A DNA stretch of 64,000 nucleotides from Candidatus Poribacteria bacterium (GTDB lineage Bacteria > Poribacteria > WGA-4E > WGA-3G), in assembly GCA_965205025.1 (NCBI GenBank), contig CBDBFU010000014.1:416147-480146 (forward strand), written 5' to 3'. Under the pieces are notes generated by a model that ran no database searches, was not told where the DNA came from, and worked only from the letters and a program-made list of their open reading frames with translations. This document shows, one piece after another, positions 40,381 to 49,712 of the stretch. Both the position numbers and the translations under genes were made by a program. Numbering within the stretch: position 1 is the first letter of the stretch; each line of letters starts with the position of its first letter.

Positions 40381-40767
40381 TTAATCAATGTTATGTTTAG
40401 GAACGCCGGCTTCTGGTGCAACTGTGGTCCCATCAGTCGCAACTGTAATAGGAGGGTTTACAGTATCCAAAATTCCACTGGGAAGACAGCATCCCAAAGC
40501 ACTGAGTACTGTTCTAAGCGTATCAAAGTCTGGTGTTTTAGTGTCATCCACCAATTCCGATAAGACTTGTGGTTCAATATCAATTTTTTCAGTGAGTTCG
40601 GAAAATCCACCTTGTGCTTCAATGATATACTGAAGAGCTAACTGGATTATAGCAAGATTCCCGTGGATCTGATACTCTTCGATGACTGCGGCGAGAAGAC
40701 CTCCTATATCTCTTTCTTCGGCAAGTTGTTCAACGAGGAAAGCGTGCCATGTACCATAGATTTTCAT
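40381..40767 (-). CDS. Addiction-module antidote (HTH, HigA-like)
   Basis: AL..I.EAQGG.SEL......P.F.TL..VLSALG pattern; ATGA overlap with the toxin. Confidence 0.75.
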   Translation of the reverse strand: MKIYGTWHAFLVEQLAEERDIGGLLAAVIEEYQIHGNLAIIQLALQYIIEAQGGFSELTEKIDIEPQVLSELVDDTKTPDFDTLRTVLSALGCCLPSGILDTVNPPITVATDGTTVAPEAGVPKHNID

Positions 40768-41105
40768 CGTTTATGAGTCTCCTTATATTCTTTCCAATAG
40801 TCTTTTGCCCGTTCGATATCCCGTTCTTGCGAGGACTTATCACCAGCACAGAGAAGTAGAACAATAGTGTTATCTACTTCACCATAATAGATACGATAGC
40901 CTGGACCGAAGTCAAGTCGTAGTTCCCAAACCCCAGCACCGACAGATTTTCGGTCACCAAAGTTACCGGTTTCAATAGAGATAATTCGTGCTTGAATCCG
41001 ATGTCGTACCGTTGTATCTCGAATTGAACGAAACCATCTTGTAAAAGGTTCGTAGCCATTTGGAATTCTGTAAAAATCTATTATCCGTGGACGTGCATTA
41101 CGCAT
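40764..41105 (-). CDS. RelE/ParE/HigB-family addiction-module toxin
   Basis: PF.RW...I.D, GNFGD.KSVG.GVWELRLDFGPGYRIYY, LLLCAGDKSSQ.RDI. Confidence 0.9.
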   Translation of the reverse strand: MRNARPRIIDFYRIPNGYEPFTRWFRSIRDTTVRHRIQARIISIETGNFGDRKSVGAGVWELRLDFGPGYRIYYGEVDNTIVLLLCAGDKSSQERDIERAKDYWKEYKETHKR

Positions 41106-41231
41106 TGACGATCTTACGTCTACCCATAAGCAATAAGTGGCTACGTTAAGTTGAGCACATTGGAATCTATATCATCGTTTGAAATATAATACCATACACC
41201 ATGATAAAAAATCAAGATTGTTGGTCTATGA

Positions 41232-41715
41232 AGGTGTGTAAACTTTTTGTCACTAAAGGTGTCAATCTCTTCTGTAGGAGGGATTCCGATCCTCGATTCT
41301 TACATTTCTTCTGTGGTAGGGGATTCCGATCCCCGATCTTCTCCACTTCTGTAGGAACATAAATCTGAGTTATCAAACTCAGGTCAGAAAATTTAAATAT
41401 TAAATGAAGAAAACAGAAACATCTAACAACTAATATACATATATCACAATAAAATTAGGACTTAAGCATTTCCTCTTTGTCTGTATTTTGCGTAAGTCAT
41501 GTTTAAATAATTCACATTACGGGGTTCTTAGTAATCCCTGATAAAGGGATTTTAGGGTGTTTCTTCAATGTGTAATGAATAATCAACATTTTAGATGTAG
41601 CATCACATTTCAAAATATAAACATTCCGTCCCTATGGGACTCAATTATAGGGTATTCCCCGTTTTCTATAGACATTTCGTCCCTACGGGACTCATAAAAT
41701 TGAAAATGGTATTAG
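41232..41715. repeat. Cluster of REP/MITE remnants
   Basis: GGTGTGTAAACTTTTTGTCACT (also at 20141), three GTAG REP starts (41274-41359), AGGACTTAAGCA...TGCGTAAGTCAT (41457-41500), two CATT.CGTCCCTA.GGGACTCA hairpins (41622-41694). Confidence 0.7.
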
Positions 41716-42155
41716 AATTACGACAAAAAACTTCAGAAATATCAACTTATGAGAAACATCTCCAAATCCTGTATGTTTGTTGGGTAAAAAAGCCTGTACA
41801 AAGGATTTTCAAAGCGAGTTACACCAGATATTTTTTTAGTTTTTCAAATTTTAAAATTTTACACCGATTAATCAAAACCTTTGTTATCCCAATCCCCAAC
41901 AGGGTTTATAGCCCATCAAAATGTCATTTCTTAAAAAACGACTTAAAAAACTTGAAAAACTAAAAGAGCTTGAAAAACTTGAAAATAGACCGACTTCAAA
42001 CAAAACAGACTATCATACACACCAGAAAACTACAAAGTGTTCTAATGGAATAGAAGAAAAGTAAAAGACACATAATACATCATTTTAACAAATTCTTGTT
42101 TCCATAAGAAAGTGGCTGTAAACATAGTGTAGTACTCACGGAAGAAAGGTTTTAC

Positions 42156-42186
42156 CAATGTCACACCATGTGACAAAAAGTGTAAC
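42156..42186 (-). repeat. 31-bp repeat, inverted partner of 27206-27236
   Basis: CAATGTCACACCATGTGACAAAAAGTGTAAC. Confidence 0.85.
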
Positions 42187-42335
42187 ATTATTAAACATAT
42201 AAATAATAATTATATTACTATTGTGAACAAGATAAAAGGAGGGAATTTACAGTATAATAACCCATTGGATAAATATAAAGAACACTTAAGGGTGTGTAAA
42301 TATAGTAAACTTTAGATTTACTTAGAGACTTTACT

Positions 42336-42379
42336 TGTAGGAGCGACCTCTCGGTCGCGACCAGGAGGTCGCTCCTACA
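42336..42379. repeat. GTAG-type REP palindrome
   Basis: TGTAGGAGCGACCTC...GAGGTCGCTCCTACA perfect inverted arms. Confidence 0.8.
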
Positions 42380-42654
42380 GAAGAGGTGGGATGCAAACGT
42401 AGGTTGAGACAATAGAAATGTTGTATTCATGTGAAAACCAGAAATACATTTCATACGCATTTAAGTTATATGACTGTTAACATATGTGATTCACGGAGAA
42501 TGGGTATACTTTAAATTATAAACCCTTATAGGATAAGGGTTCGTAAAATTCCTCCGTGAAGGTTTCCGTGAAAGTGCAGGCATCTCAATACGATAAATAT
42601 TAACGCTCTTTCCATTTACATTATCCAATTGAAAACAGTGTAAGATTCGGACAA

Positions 42655-45600
42655 TCACGAAATTACCAACCACGTCATCAATTTAAAATCACCTGAATCC
42701 TTCGGGGATTTGGATGCTGAGGTTAGCTTAGTGTTGCGCGGACTTCCACTTCTTATGGCTTGGGTTTGTGTTTTCGTATGTGAACGTGTGATGTGCGAAA
42801 TAACGGTGTCCAATAGCTTGTTGTAATGTTCCATGTTGTTGCCATATTCTGTTTCTTGGTCAAACTGCAGACATAGATCATCAATGACATCCTCTTTGCC
42901 AACGGCAGATGTTTCAAACAGATCTAACACCTGTTTCGCATTGATACACCCGTATCGGATATCACCGTTATATCGGATATAGACCGTATAATAGGGATGG
43001 ATAGGACTGGCGGAATTTTCCTGTTTGTTTTCGCTGGCATTTTGTAGACGGAGGAAGAAGATCACACCTTTTTCGGTTGGATTATTCTCATTCTTTGTAA
43101 CAGCATAAGCACCATCAGGTGTTGCGTCCAGTTTTGCCCTATTTCTTTCCAGATATTTCAGCAGCTGTGCAAAGAAATAATCCAGAGTAAAGTCACTTAA
43201 CACAACACCATCGGACATCTCATCTAAATCAATTATCTCTTCCCGTAGTTGTTCCAACTGCTTATCACGGAAGTTTAGTTCCATCTGTGCCTGTTCAAAC
43301 GTCCATTCATTCAACGGGTCATCATCACCGCTGGCGGTTGCATCAGCAAGTGCCATACGCGATTCAACACGATTTCGAAGACGTAGATATACCTCCATAT
43401 CTTCGGTAGGCCAATAGTTAATCATTTTAATATCCGTGTTTCGACTTCCGATACGGTCAATTCGTCCGAAACGTTGAATGATACGTACAGGATTCCAGTG
43501 TATATCATAGTTCAGTACGGTATCACAGTCTTGTAGGTTTTGCCCTTCAGAAACACAATCGGTAGCCATGAGGAGATCAATGTTGTGGTCTGTGCTTTCC
43601 TTACGCAATCTGCCCCACGGTGCGAAGTTTGTGAGAATAGCGTTAAAGTTGTTTTGACCGCAGGTTGCTTGTGTTTTGTCCCCTGAAACCATTGCCATCT
43701 CAAGCCCCAACTCCGATGCAAGTTCTGATAAGTTGTCATACAGATATTCTGCAGTGTCTTTGAAGGTGGTAAATATGAGTAGTTTACGATTTGTGTTGCC
43801 TTCTTTGTCCTTTCTTGCTTTATCCACCTTCTTTCGAATATCGGTCTTGATTTTATCCAGTTTACCATCTCTTTCAGGGGTGATGGATTTTACCTTATCC
43901 CATACCACTGTTAAGGTCTGTTTATCCTTACTAATATCCTGTTTCCAACGGACACAATCCAATTCCTTTAGATGATATGGATTTCTGGCACGGTTGATTA
44001 AAAATTCCTCATCATCTTCATCCTCATCGGGGAGGATATCTGCTTGTGCGTTCGGAATATCTTTGTGCTGCTCAAATCGCTCAATCTTTTCTATCATCTC
44101 ATCATGTTTATTGATAGTGCGTTCAAGAGTTTCAGAGAGTGAGTGTGCAGAACTTTCAAGTCGTTTCAGGAAGTTGGTTTGCATCATACCGATGAGGAAC
44201 TTCTCCCTATCCTCCTGATTAAAACGGAGGCGTTTTTTCTCATCTGCTAAACGTTCCTTTGCTGTTTCACTTACAACATAACTGGAAGGTCTATAGATGG
44301 TTAACTCAAAATCACCAATCTGGTCTGCCAATGCTTTGTAGGACAGTTCACCCTTTAGGTCGGTTTGCGGATGTCGATTTGTTGGTTTCTGTGGTTTAGG
44401 AAAGTTGCCAATTCTTTCAATCTCCTCGGCATAGTATTTTTTGATTAACTTACGCGAACGAGCAATAGACACACCACCGAGGAGTTGAAAAAAGTCTACA
44501 CCTAAAGTTCTAAAGAGTTCTGTCTTGTTTCTTGTACCCTTTTCTTCCCATGCCTTGAACGCTTTTTGTGTCTGTTTGATGAGATTACCTATATTACTGA
44601 TGCCTAAAGAATTCTTAAAAACATCCTCTCGTTTCTCAGTCATCAGATAAATCTGGTTCCGCAGGTCAGTGAGAGAGGTATTGACAGGTGTTGCAGAAAG
44701 CATCAGCACTTTGGTTTTTGTGCCATCCTTAATGACTTCTTCTAATAGTCTGGAATATCGGGTATGACGAAAATTGCCTTCACTATCCGCACGCGGTTTG
44801 CTATCGTTTCGGAAGTTGTGCGATTCATCAATTACGATGAGATCAAAGCTACTCCAATTGAAATTCTCCAAGTCTATGCTACCGGATTCTCCAGTGTATC
44901 GGGATAGGTCTGTATGTGATAATACAGTGTAAGTAAATTTATCATCAAGAAAATCGTTAGAGGCTTGTGCGTTGTATGCTGGATAGAGATCCCAGTTCTC
45001 TCGGAGTTTTTTCGGGCAGAGAACAAGCACGCGTTCATTGCGTAATTCAAAGAACTTGATAACTGCCAATGCAGTATATGTTTTTCCTAAGCCGACACTA
45101 TCCGCCAAGATGCAGCCGTTGTGTCGTAATAACCGAGCGATTACGCTTCTTGCTCCATCTTTTTGGAAGTCATATAACTTCTCCCATATCTTCATATCAT
45201 ACAGATGGACATCCTCAAGCGTCTGTTCATTCGTTTGTCGCGTCTCAATTTCTTCACGGAAGAGTTCATAGAGCGTTTTGTAATAGATGAGTTCTGGTGG
45301 GTGGTCTTGCCCTATCTGATTCAGTTTTGCCAGTACTTTATCTTTAACATCTTCAACCAGTTCATTATTATTCCAGAGTTCATCAAACCATGCCTTCAGG
45401 TCTTTTCGGTCTCGGTCGCTATCTACTTCCAGATTGAGTTCAATATTACTGGTATTAGAACTGAGTCCGAGTCCTCGCACAGTAAAGTTTGAACTACCCA
45501 GAATGGCTTTGTCAACACCGTTATTGTTGATGTGATACATTTTCCCGTGTATTAGTTTTGATTCCCGTGTAGAACGGATTTCCACCTTCTTATCTTTTAT

Positions 45601-45924
45601 CCAATTGGCACACGCTTTTGCAACTGGTTTCAATCGCAGTTGCTGATTAAGCACTAACCCTTCATCGGTAATGTCAAACGATTTTTTGTCTGTATTGTTT
45701 GGATCCATCCGCTTGACAAAATCTGGGTCACCGAATAGGAAACGGAGTTCGTCTATTTTGTGCAAGTGATGTTGCATCTTTTCGTATGCATAGATAGTGA
45801 AATACGCGGATACAATGGAGAGTTCGGAACCATTCTGTATTTCCTGTTCCAAAAATTCGTGGACTGTGGAACGAAGTAAATTATCTCGGATACCAGATTT
45901 GATGGATGGGTGGTTGTCTGACAT
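42655..45924 (-). CDS. PLD (HKD) nuclease-SNF2-like helicase fusion
   Basis: IHGKMY...LGSSNFT (HKD-type), LADSVGLGKT, IDESHNFRN, SATP, SEGQNLQ, QRFGRIDRIG. Confidence 0.88.
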   Translation of the reverse strand: MSDNHPSIKSGIRDNLLRSTVHEFLEQEIQNGSELSIVSAYFTIYAYEKMQHHLHKIDELRFLFGDPDFVKRMDPNNTDKKSFDITDEGLVLNQQLRLKPVAKACANWIKDKKVEIRSTRESKLIHGKMYHINNNGVDKAILGSSNFTVRGLGLSSNTSNIELNLEVDSDRDRKDLKAWFDELWNNNELVEDVKDKVLAKLNQIGQDHPPELIYYKTLYELFREEIETRQTNEQTLEDVHLYDMKIWEKLYDFQKDGARSVIARLLRHNGCILADSVGLGKTYTALAVIKFFELRNERVLVLCPKKLRENWDLYPAYNAQASNDFLDDKFTYTVLSHTDLSRYTGESGSIDLENFNWSSFDLIVIDESHNFRNDSKPRADSEGNFRHTRYSRLLEEVIKDGTKTKVLMLSATPVNTSLTDLRNQIYLMTEKREDVFKNSLGISNIGNLIKQTQKAFKAWEEKGTRNKTELFRTLGVDFFQLLGGVSIARSRKLIKKYYAEEIERIGNFPKPQKPTNRHPQTDLKGELSYKALADQIGDFELTIYRPSSYVVSETAKERLADEKKRLRFNQEDREKFLIGMMQTNFLKRLESSAHSLSETLERTINKHDEMIEKIERFEQHKDIPNAQADILPDEDEDDEEFLINRARNPYHLKELDCVRWKQDISKDKQTLTVVWDKVKSITPERDGKLDKIKTDIRKKVDKARKDKEGNTNRKLLIFTTFKDTAEYLYDNLSELASELGLEMAMVSGDKTQATCGQNNFNAILTNFAPWGRLRKESTDHNIDLLMATDCVSEGQNLQDCDTVLNYDIHWNPVRIIQRFGRIDRIGSRNTDIKMINYWPTEDMEVYLRLRNRVESRMALADATASGDDDPLNEWTFEQAQMELNFRDKQLEQLREEIIDLDEMSDGVVLSDFTLDYFFAQLLKYLERNRAKLDATPDGAYAVTKNENNPTEKGVIFFLRLQNASENKQENSASPIHPYYTVYIRYNGDIRYGCINAKQVLDLFETSAVGKEDVIDDLCLQFDQETEYGNNMEHYNKLLDTVISHITRSHTKTQTQAIRSGSPRNTKLTSASKSPKDSGDFKLMTWLVIS

Positions 45925-45973
45925 GTCAATTCTTATAGTGTGGTTGGGTAGGGTTCATTCGCAAAATAACAAT

Positions 45974-47155
45974 CTATTCACGAGATATATTTATGAGGAA
46001 AGTTGTAAATCCGATTACTGTAGCGGTTATCGTACTGATTAACACCCAATTGACCTGATATTTCTTGTGTATTTCCAATATATCACCAGGATAGAGTAGA
46101 ATCGTGTTTGAACCAACTTGAAATTTATGTGCTTCAGTTTTTCCATCTATACGATGGATGTGAAATATTTTTCTGTCTGCTGTATCATCTAATCCACCGG
46201 CTAATGCGATGGCTTTTTGAATACTTACTGGTCCTTCAACGGATTGAGCACCGGGAGTGCGAACATATCCTGTTACATACACAGGTTCAAGCCTAAAACG
46301 ATTTGGAACAAATAACACATCACCATCATTTAAAGATATATCTGGAAGATTGTCTGTTCTATTCCAGAATTGCTCGGAAACAGTAAATTCTGTTAACGTT
46401 CCATCTCGTGTTACATGAATAATGGAATTGACATTTGCTTCCTTTGTAAAGCCACCTGCCCTTGCTAATATGTCTGGCACACTACTCTTTCCTCTAATGA
46501 AGAGTTTTCCCGGTATCTTCACTTCACCTTGCACTTCAATTTCATTAAGGAGGCACACATAAACTAAATCGTTTGAATTAACTCGGATTTCAAGATTCTC
46601 AGTAACATTTGAAAGATCGAACGATTCTACACTTAGGTTGGTAATGTCTTTAGGAGATTCGACATAAGGCTTATGTCGAATTAATTGTACTTGTCGTCTA
46701 TCAGCGTTTTCAGTCATGCCTCCCGCCAAGGAAATGGCTCTAAATAAATCAACGTCGGATTCTGGAGAGATACTATACCGACCGGGATTTTTGATGGCAC
46801 CACCGACATAAATCCTATTTTCCTCTGAAATAACAGAAACCATTATCACAGGATTATTCACAAGTTTTTCGGTCTTTAGAAAATCTCTGATGATTGTATT
46901 GACCTGTTCGGTTGTTTTTTTGGAGACATCAAAATCGCCTCCGAAATAACTAATCCTGCCATCCTCGCGTACTTTGACAGAATGTGTATACTCAGGTTGT
47001 CCTATTACGGCTATCAGGAGTGTATCTCCATTCCGGATGTTATATACATCAGCATATAAAGAAGTGGTTAGAAGTAATAAGATAAAAAAATAAAAAGTCT
47101 GCAAGAAACACAAAAGAGTTTTTGTATCTCGCAAACTTTGAAAGGATTGGATCAT
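45974..47155 (-). CDS. Polysaccharide biosynthesis/export protein (Wza-like, SLBB repeats)
   Basis: GD.L.I.V, VREDGRIS, repeated V.G.VK.PG ... AI..AGG ... GD. Confidence 0.82.
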   Translation of the reverse strand: MIQSFQSLRDTKTLLCFLQTFYFFILLLLTTSLYADVYNIRNGDTLLIAVIGQPEYTHSVKVREDGRISYFGGDFDVSKKTTEQVNTIIRDFLKTEKLVNNPVIMVSVISEENRIYVGGAIKNPGRYSISPESDVDLFRAISLAGGMTENADRRQVQLIRHKPYVESPKDITNLSVESFDLSNVTENLEIRVNSNDLVYVCLLNEIEVQGEVKIPGKLFIRGKSSVPDILARAGGFTKEANVNSIIHVTRDGTLTEFTVSEQFWNRTDNLPDISLNDGDVLFVPNRFRLEPVYVTGYVRTPGAQSVEGPVSIQKAIALAGGLDDTADRKIFHIHRIDGKTEAHKFQVGSNTILLYPGDILEIHKKYQVNWVLISTITATVIGFTTFLINISRE

Positions 47156-47231
47156 ATCATTATCCTAACGGATTTGTGTAGATAGTGTGTAATCGAAGCT
47201 TATAGAATATGGAATTCATGATGAAATGGTA

Positions 47232-47432
47232 TTATTCTGTATTAAACAACGTTAACTGAGACTTAGAAGTGGAATTCTTTGTACGGATACCGATTCTCTT
47301 CTTAGGCAATTTTCTCCAATGCGGTTTGACATAAGTTCCTCCTGATCGACGATATCCATTTACGTAAACTTTCCCGCTTGTGTCAATAGGAGTTTTAACT
47401 TCTTCTAATTGGTCAAACAGCTCCTGTTTCAT
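47232..47432 (-). CDS. Small basic hypothetical protein with a V.GY.R..GTYV.PHWR motif
   Basis: Recognisable motif VYVNGYRRSGGTYVKPHWRK. Confidence 0.55.
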   Translation of the reverse strand: MKQELFDQLEEVKTPIDTSGKVYVNGYRRSGGTYVKPHWRKLPKKRIGIRTKNSTSKSQLTLFNTE

Positions 47433-47449
47433 TATTCTATCAGTTAATA

Positions 47450-47797
47450 CTATTCTTCCTTTAATGAATCAAAGTAGGACTTAAGTGTTTCACGAGCAAG
47501 TTGTATAGCATATCTGGGTACAAGTAAATCCCCCCAATCAGATTTTCTGGGATTTGCTTTAAGTCCACCGTAAACAGGATTCTCATTGCTACGCAAATAT
47601 ACATAGATGCCTTCATCCTCTAACACATTTTTGAGGATATACCCAGCAACTTCATTTGGCACGGATTCAACTACATGCCAATCTGCAGCCTCCGGAACTT
47701 GTGCAGGAATTAAACTTGGTAGAAGTTCCTCTTCACACTCAATACATTCTGTTATGTGCTGCTTAAATTCAGTCTTACATTGTGGACAAAATGGCAT
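47450..47797 (-). CDS. Zinc-ribbon + DUF2007-like protein
   Basis: MPFCPQC...C.EC; E..A...K..LE.EGI. Confidence 0.7.
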   Translation of the reverse strand: MPFCPQCKTEFKQHITECIECEEELLPSLIPAQVPEAADWHVVESVPNEVAGYILKNVLEDEGIYVYLRSNENPVYGGLKANPRKSDWGDLLVPRYAIQLARETLKSYFDSLKEE

Positions 47798-47857
47798 AAC
47801 CTATACTACCTTATGTATACGTTTATAGTCCAATTATATACCAGATAGAAAAAATAA

Positions 47858-48679
47858 TCAAGATGAAGGAAAATCCCATAACCTTAATGCTGTTTTCCCC
47901 AGTACCCATTCTCTATCTTCTGGCGTGAAGAAATCCATTTCATCCTTTACAACAGATAGAGTTTGTGGATAGGTTGCCTTTCCTAAACATACGGGCCAAT
48001 CTGTTCCCCACATAATTCGAGGTCCACCAAAAGTGTGATACACTCTCTTAACCATTTCGTGTGTATCAGTCCACGGGTAATCTGATTGTGATATTGACCA
48101 AGTATGACTAATTTTAACATATACCCGTGGGAATTGAGCGAGATCTAACAATAACTGTAGTTTATCAGGATCTTCGGGAGAACAATCCGCCATATGATCA
48201 ATAACAACATCAAGGTCTGGATGTTGTTCTAATAGTGGCACAAGATCTGCCAAACGTTCAGCCCTTGTGAGTAAAAGTAACGGTACTCCAAGTTGTTCAG
48301 CGCGATTAAAAATAGGTGGCATTAATGGACCAGTAAACCAGTCTCCATCTTCACCTACAGAGGGACTTAATCTCACACCGTGAAAACCTTCATCTTCCGT
48401 CCAATGACTTAAATGGTCTGGGGCATTCGGGTCTTCAGGGTTAATTCTACAAACACCCATAAATTTATCAGGATACCGTTTCATTGCATCTGCTGCATAA
48501 CTATTATCCCACAAGTAATGGATTACCTGAACCAGAACAGTTTTTTCTACGCCATTTTCTTCCATTAATTCAAGCAGCATTTCAGGAGTAGCATCTTCGG
48601 CAGGACTATTACGGTTTCGTGCCCAAGGAAACTTAGGGTCGTTTTTCCATACATGTACATGAGGGTCAATAATTCTCAT
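47858..48679 (-). CDS. Amidohydrolase_2 family protein
   Basis: IIDPHVHVW, VVIDHMA, RIMWGTDWP. Confidence 0.85.
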   Translation of the reverse strand: MRIIDPHVHVWKNDPKFPWARNRNSPAEDATPEMLLELMEENGVEKTVLVQVIHYLWDNSYAADAMKRYPDKFMGVCRINPEDPNAPDHLSHWTEDEGFHGVRLSPSVGEDGDWFTGPLMPPIFNRAEQLGVPLLLLTRAERLADLVPLLEQHPDLDVVIDHMADCSPEDPDKLQLLLDLAQFPRVYVKISHTWSISQSDYPWTDTHEMVKRVYHTFGGPRIMWGTDWPVCLGKATYPQTLSVVKDEMDFFTPEDREWVLGKTALRLWDFPSS

Positions 48680-48719
48680 TTCATATCCTCCAATTTACAT
48701 AGAGATATTTTGTATTAGA

Positions 48720-49706
48720 CTAAGTATCATTACTATAGGATTTTCTCATAATTACACCGTATATCCCTAAAGGTAGACAATAAAGTAAAATCAAAATGTG
48801 TAGACTAAATCCTGTTACAGTTGCATTTTCAAGGGGTGTCCCGAAATAGTGTAATAACCGAGCGAATGGGTATTCTGTAGTACCGAAGTTCCCGATTGAT
48901 TGAATAGGTAATAGATTGAATCCATTCGTAAATGCAAGTGCAAAAAGCACTTCAGTTAAAGGTATTTTTACTCCCATCTCTGATACCAGATAACACTGAA
49001 ATCCAAATCGTATGAGTAGACAAAGCAACGAATATATCCAGATTTTTAAAAAGTGTATGTTGAAACGGAACGATGTAATCTCAGAAACGATTGATAAAGC
49101 TTTATTTACAAACCATGTGAGCCACTTTTTGTCCAAATTTAATAACGGATTAGCAAACTTTTGTACCAATGAAATACAGAATTTAGGTGCTAAACATGCA
49201 AGACTCACTATTACTACAACAGCACATCCAATAAGTAAAGGCATCAGGTAGAGTAACATCCAAGATAACTTACCACTAATCTTAGAGTGCAACAATAATG
49301 ATGTTGTTACCATTAACCCTATCAACAGCATAAGATCAATAATACTTGCTACCATTAAGGATGCAATTCCTTGTGTGGCTTCAACTTTCTGGTGGCGGTG
49401 CATCAAATACACATAAGAAACATCTCCTGTCCTCATGGGTAAAAAATTACCCCAAAAAGTGTGTAAAGCAAGTATAGGTAATAAGTGATGCAGATTCGTC
49501 TTGAGTCCTAATATAGTACGAAACCGGAGTGTCTTGGCAATAACAAGCAAACAATAACATCCAAAACCGATTAACACTGCATTTATTGAGATTCTGCTTA
49601 TAGTTTTTGGGATTTCAGAGATGTCAATTTCTTTTAATAATAGATAAGATACAATTACAGCCAAGACCGTAGGTAGTACATACCTGGAAATCCATCTGAG
49701 ATGCAT
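48720..49706 (-). CDS. Lysylphosphatidylglycerol synthase TM / flippase-like membrane protein (UPF0104)
   Basis: Multi-TM; N.LP.R.GD and LP....G..G..E motifs. Confidence 0.75.
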   Translation of the reverse strand: MHLRWISRYVLPTVLAVIVSYLLLKEIDISEIPKTISRISINAVLIGFGCYCLLVIAKTLRFRTILGLKTNLHHLLPILALHTFWGNFLPMRTGDVSYVYLMHRHQKVEATQGIASLMVASIIDLMLLIGLMVTTSLLLHSKISGKLSWMLLYLMPLLIGCAVVVIVSLACLAPKFCISLVQKFANPLLNLDKKWLTWFVNKALSIVSEITSFRFNIHFLKIWIYSLLCLLIRFGFQCYLVSEMGVKIPLTEVLFALAFTNGFNLLPIQSIGNFGTTEYPFARLLHYFGTPLENATVTGFSLHILILLYCLPLGIYGVIMRKSYSNDT

Positions 49707-49712
49707 ATAATC

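Noticed and set aside
41634-42673. ORFs 41634-41963, 42218-42460, 42491-42673
   Set aside because: They read through REP/MITE remnants in AT-rich DNA; likely spurious.
36400-45924. DISARM or BREX system
   Set aside because: drmA/drmB (DUF1998) and pglZ/brxC are not present.
26500-46000. Integron cassette array
   Set aside because: No intI, and no RYYYAAC...GTTRRRY attC structures recognised after the genes I checked; several genes have their own promoters.
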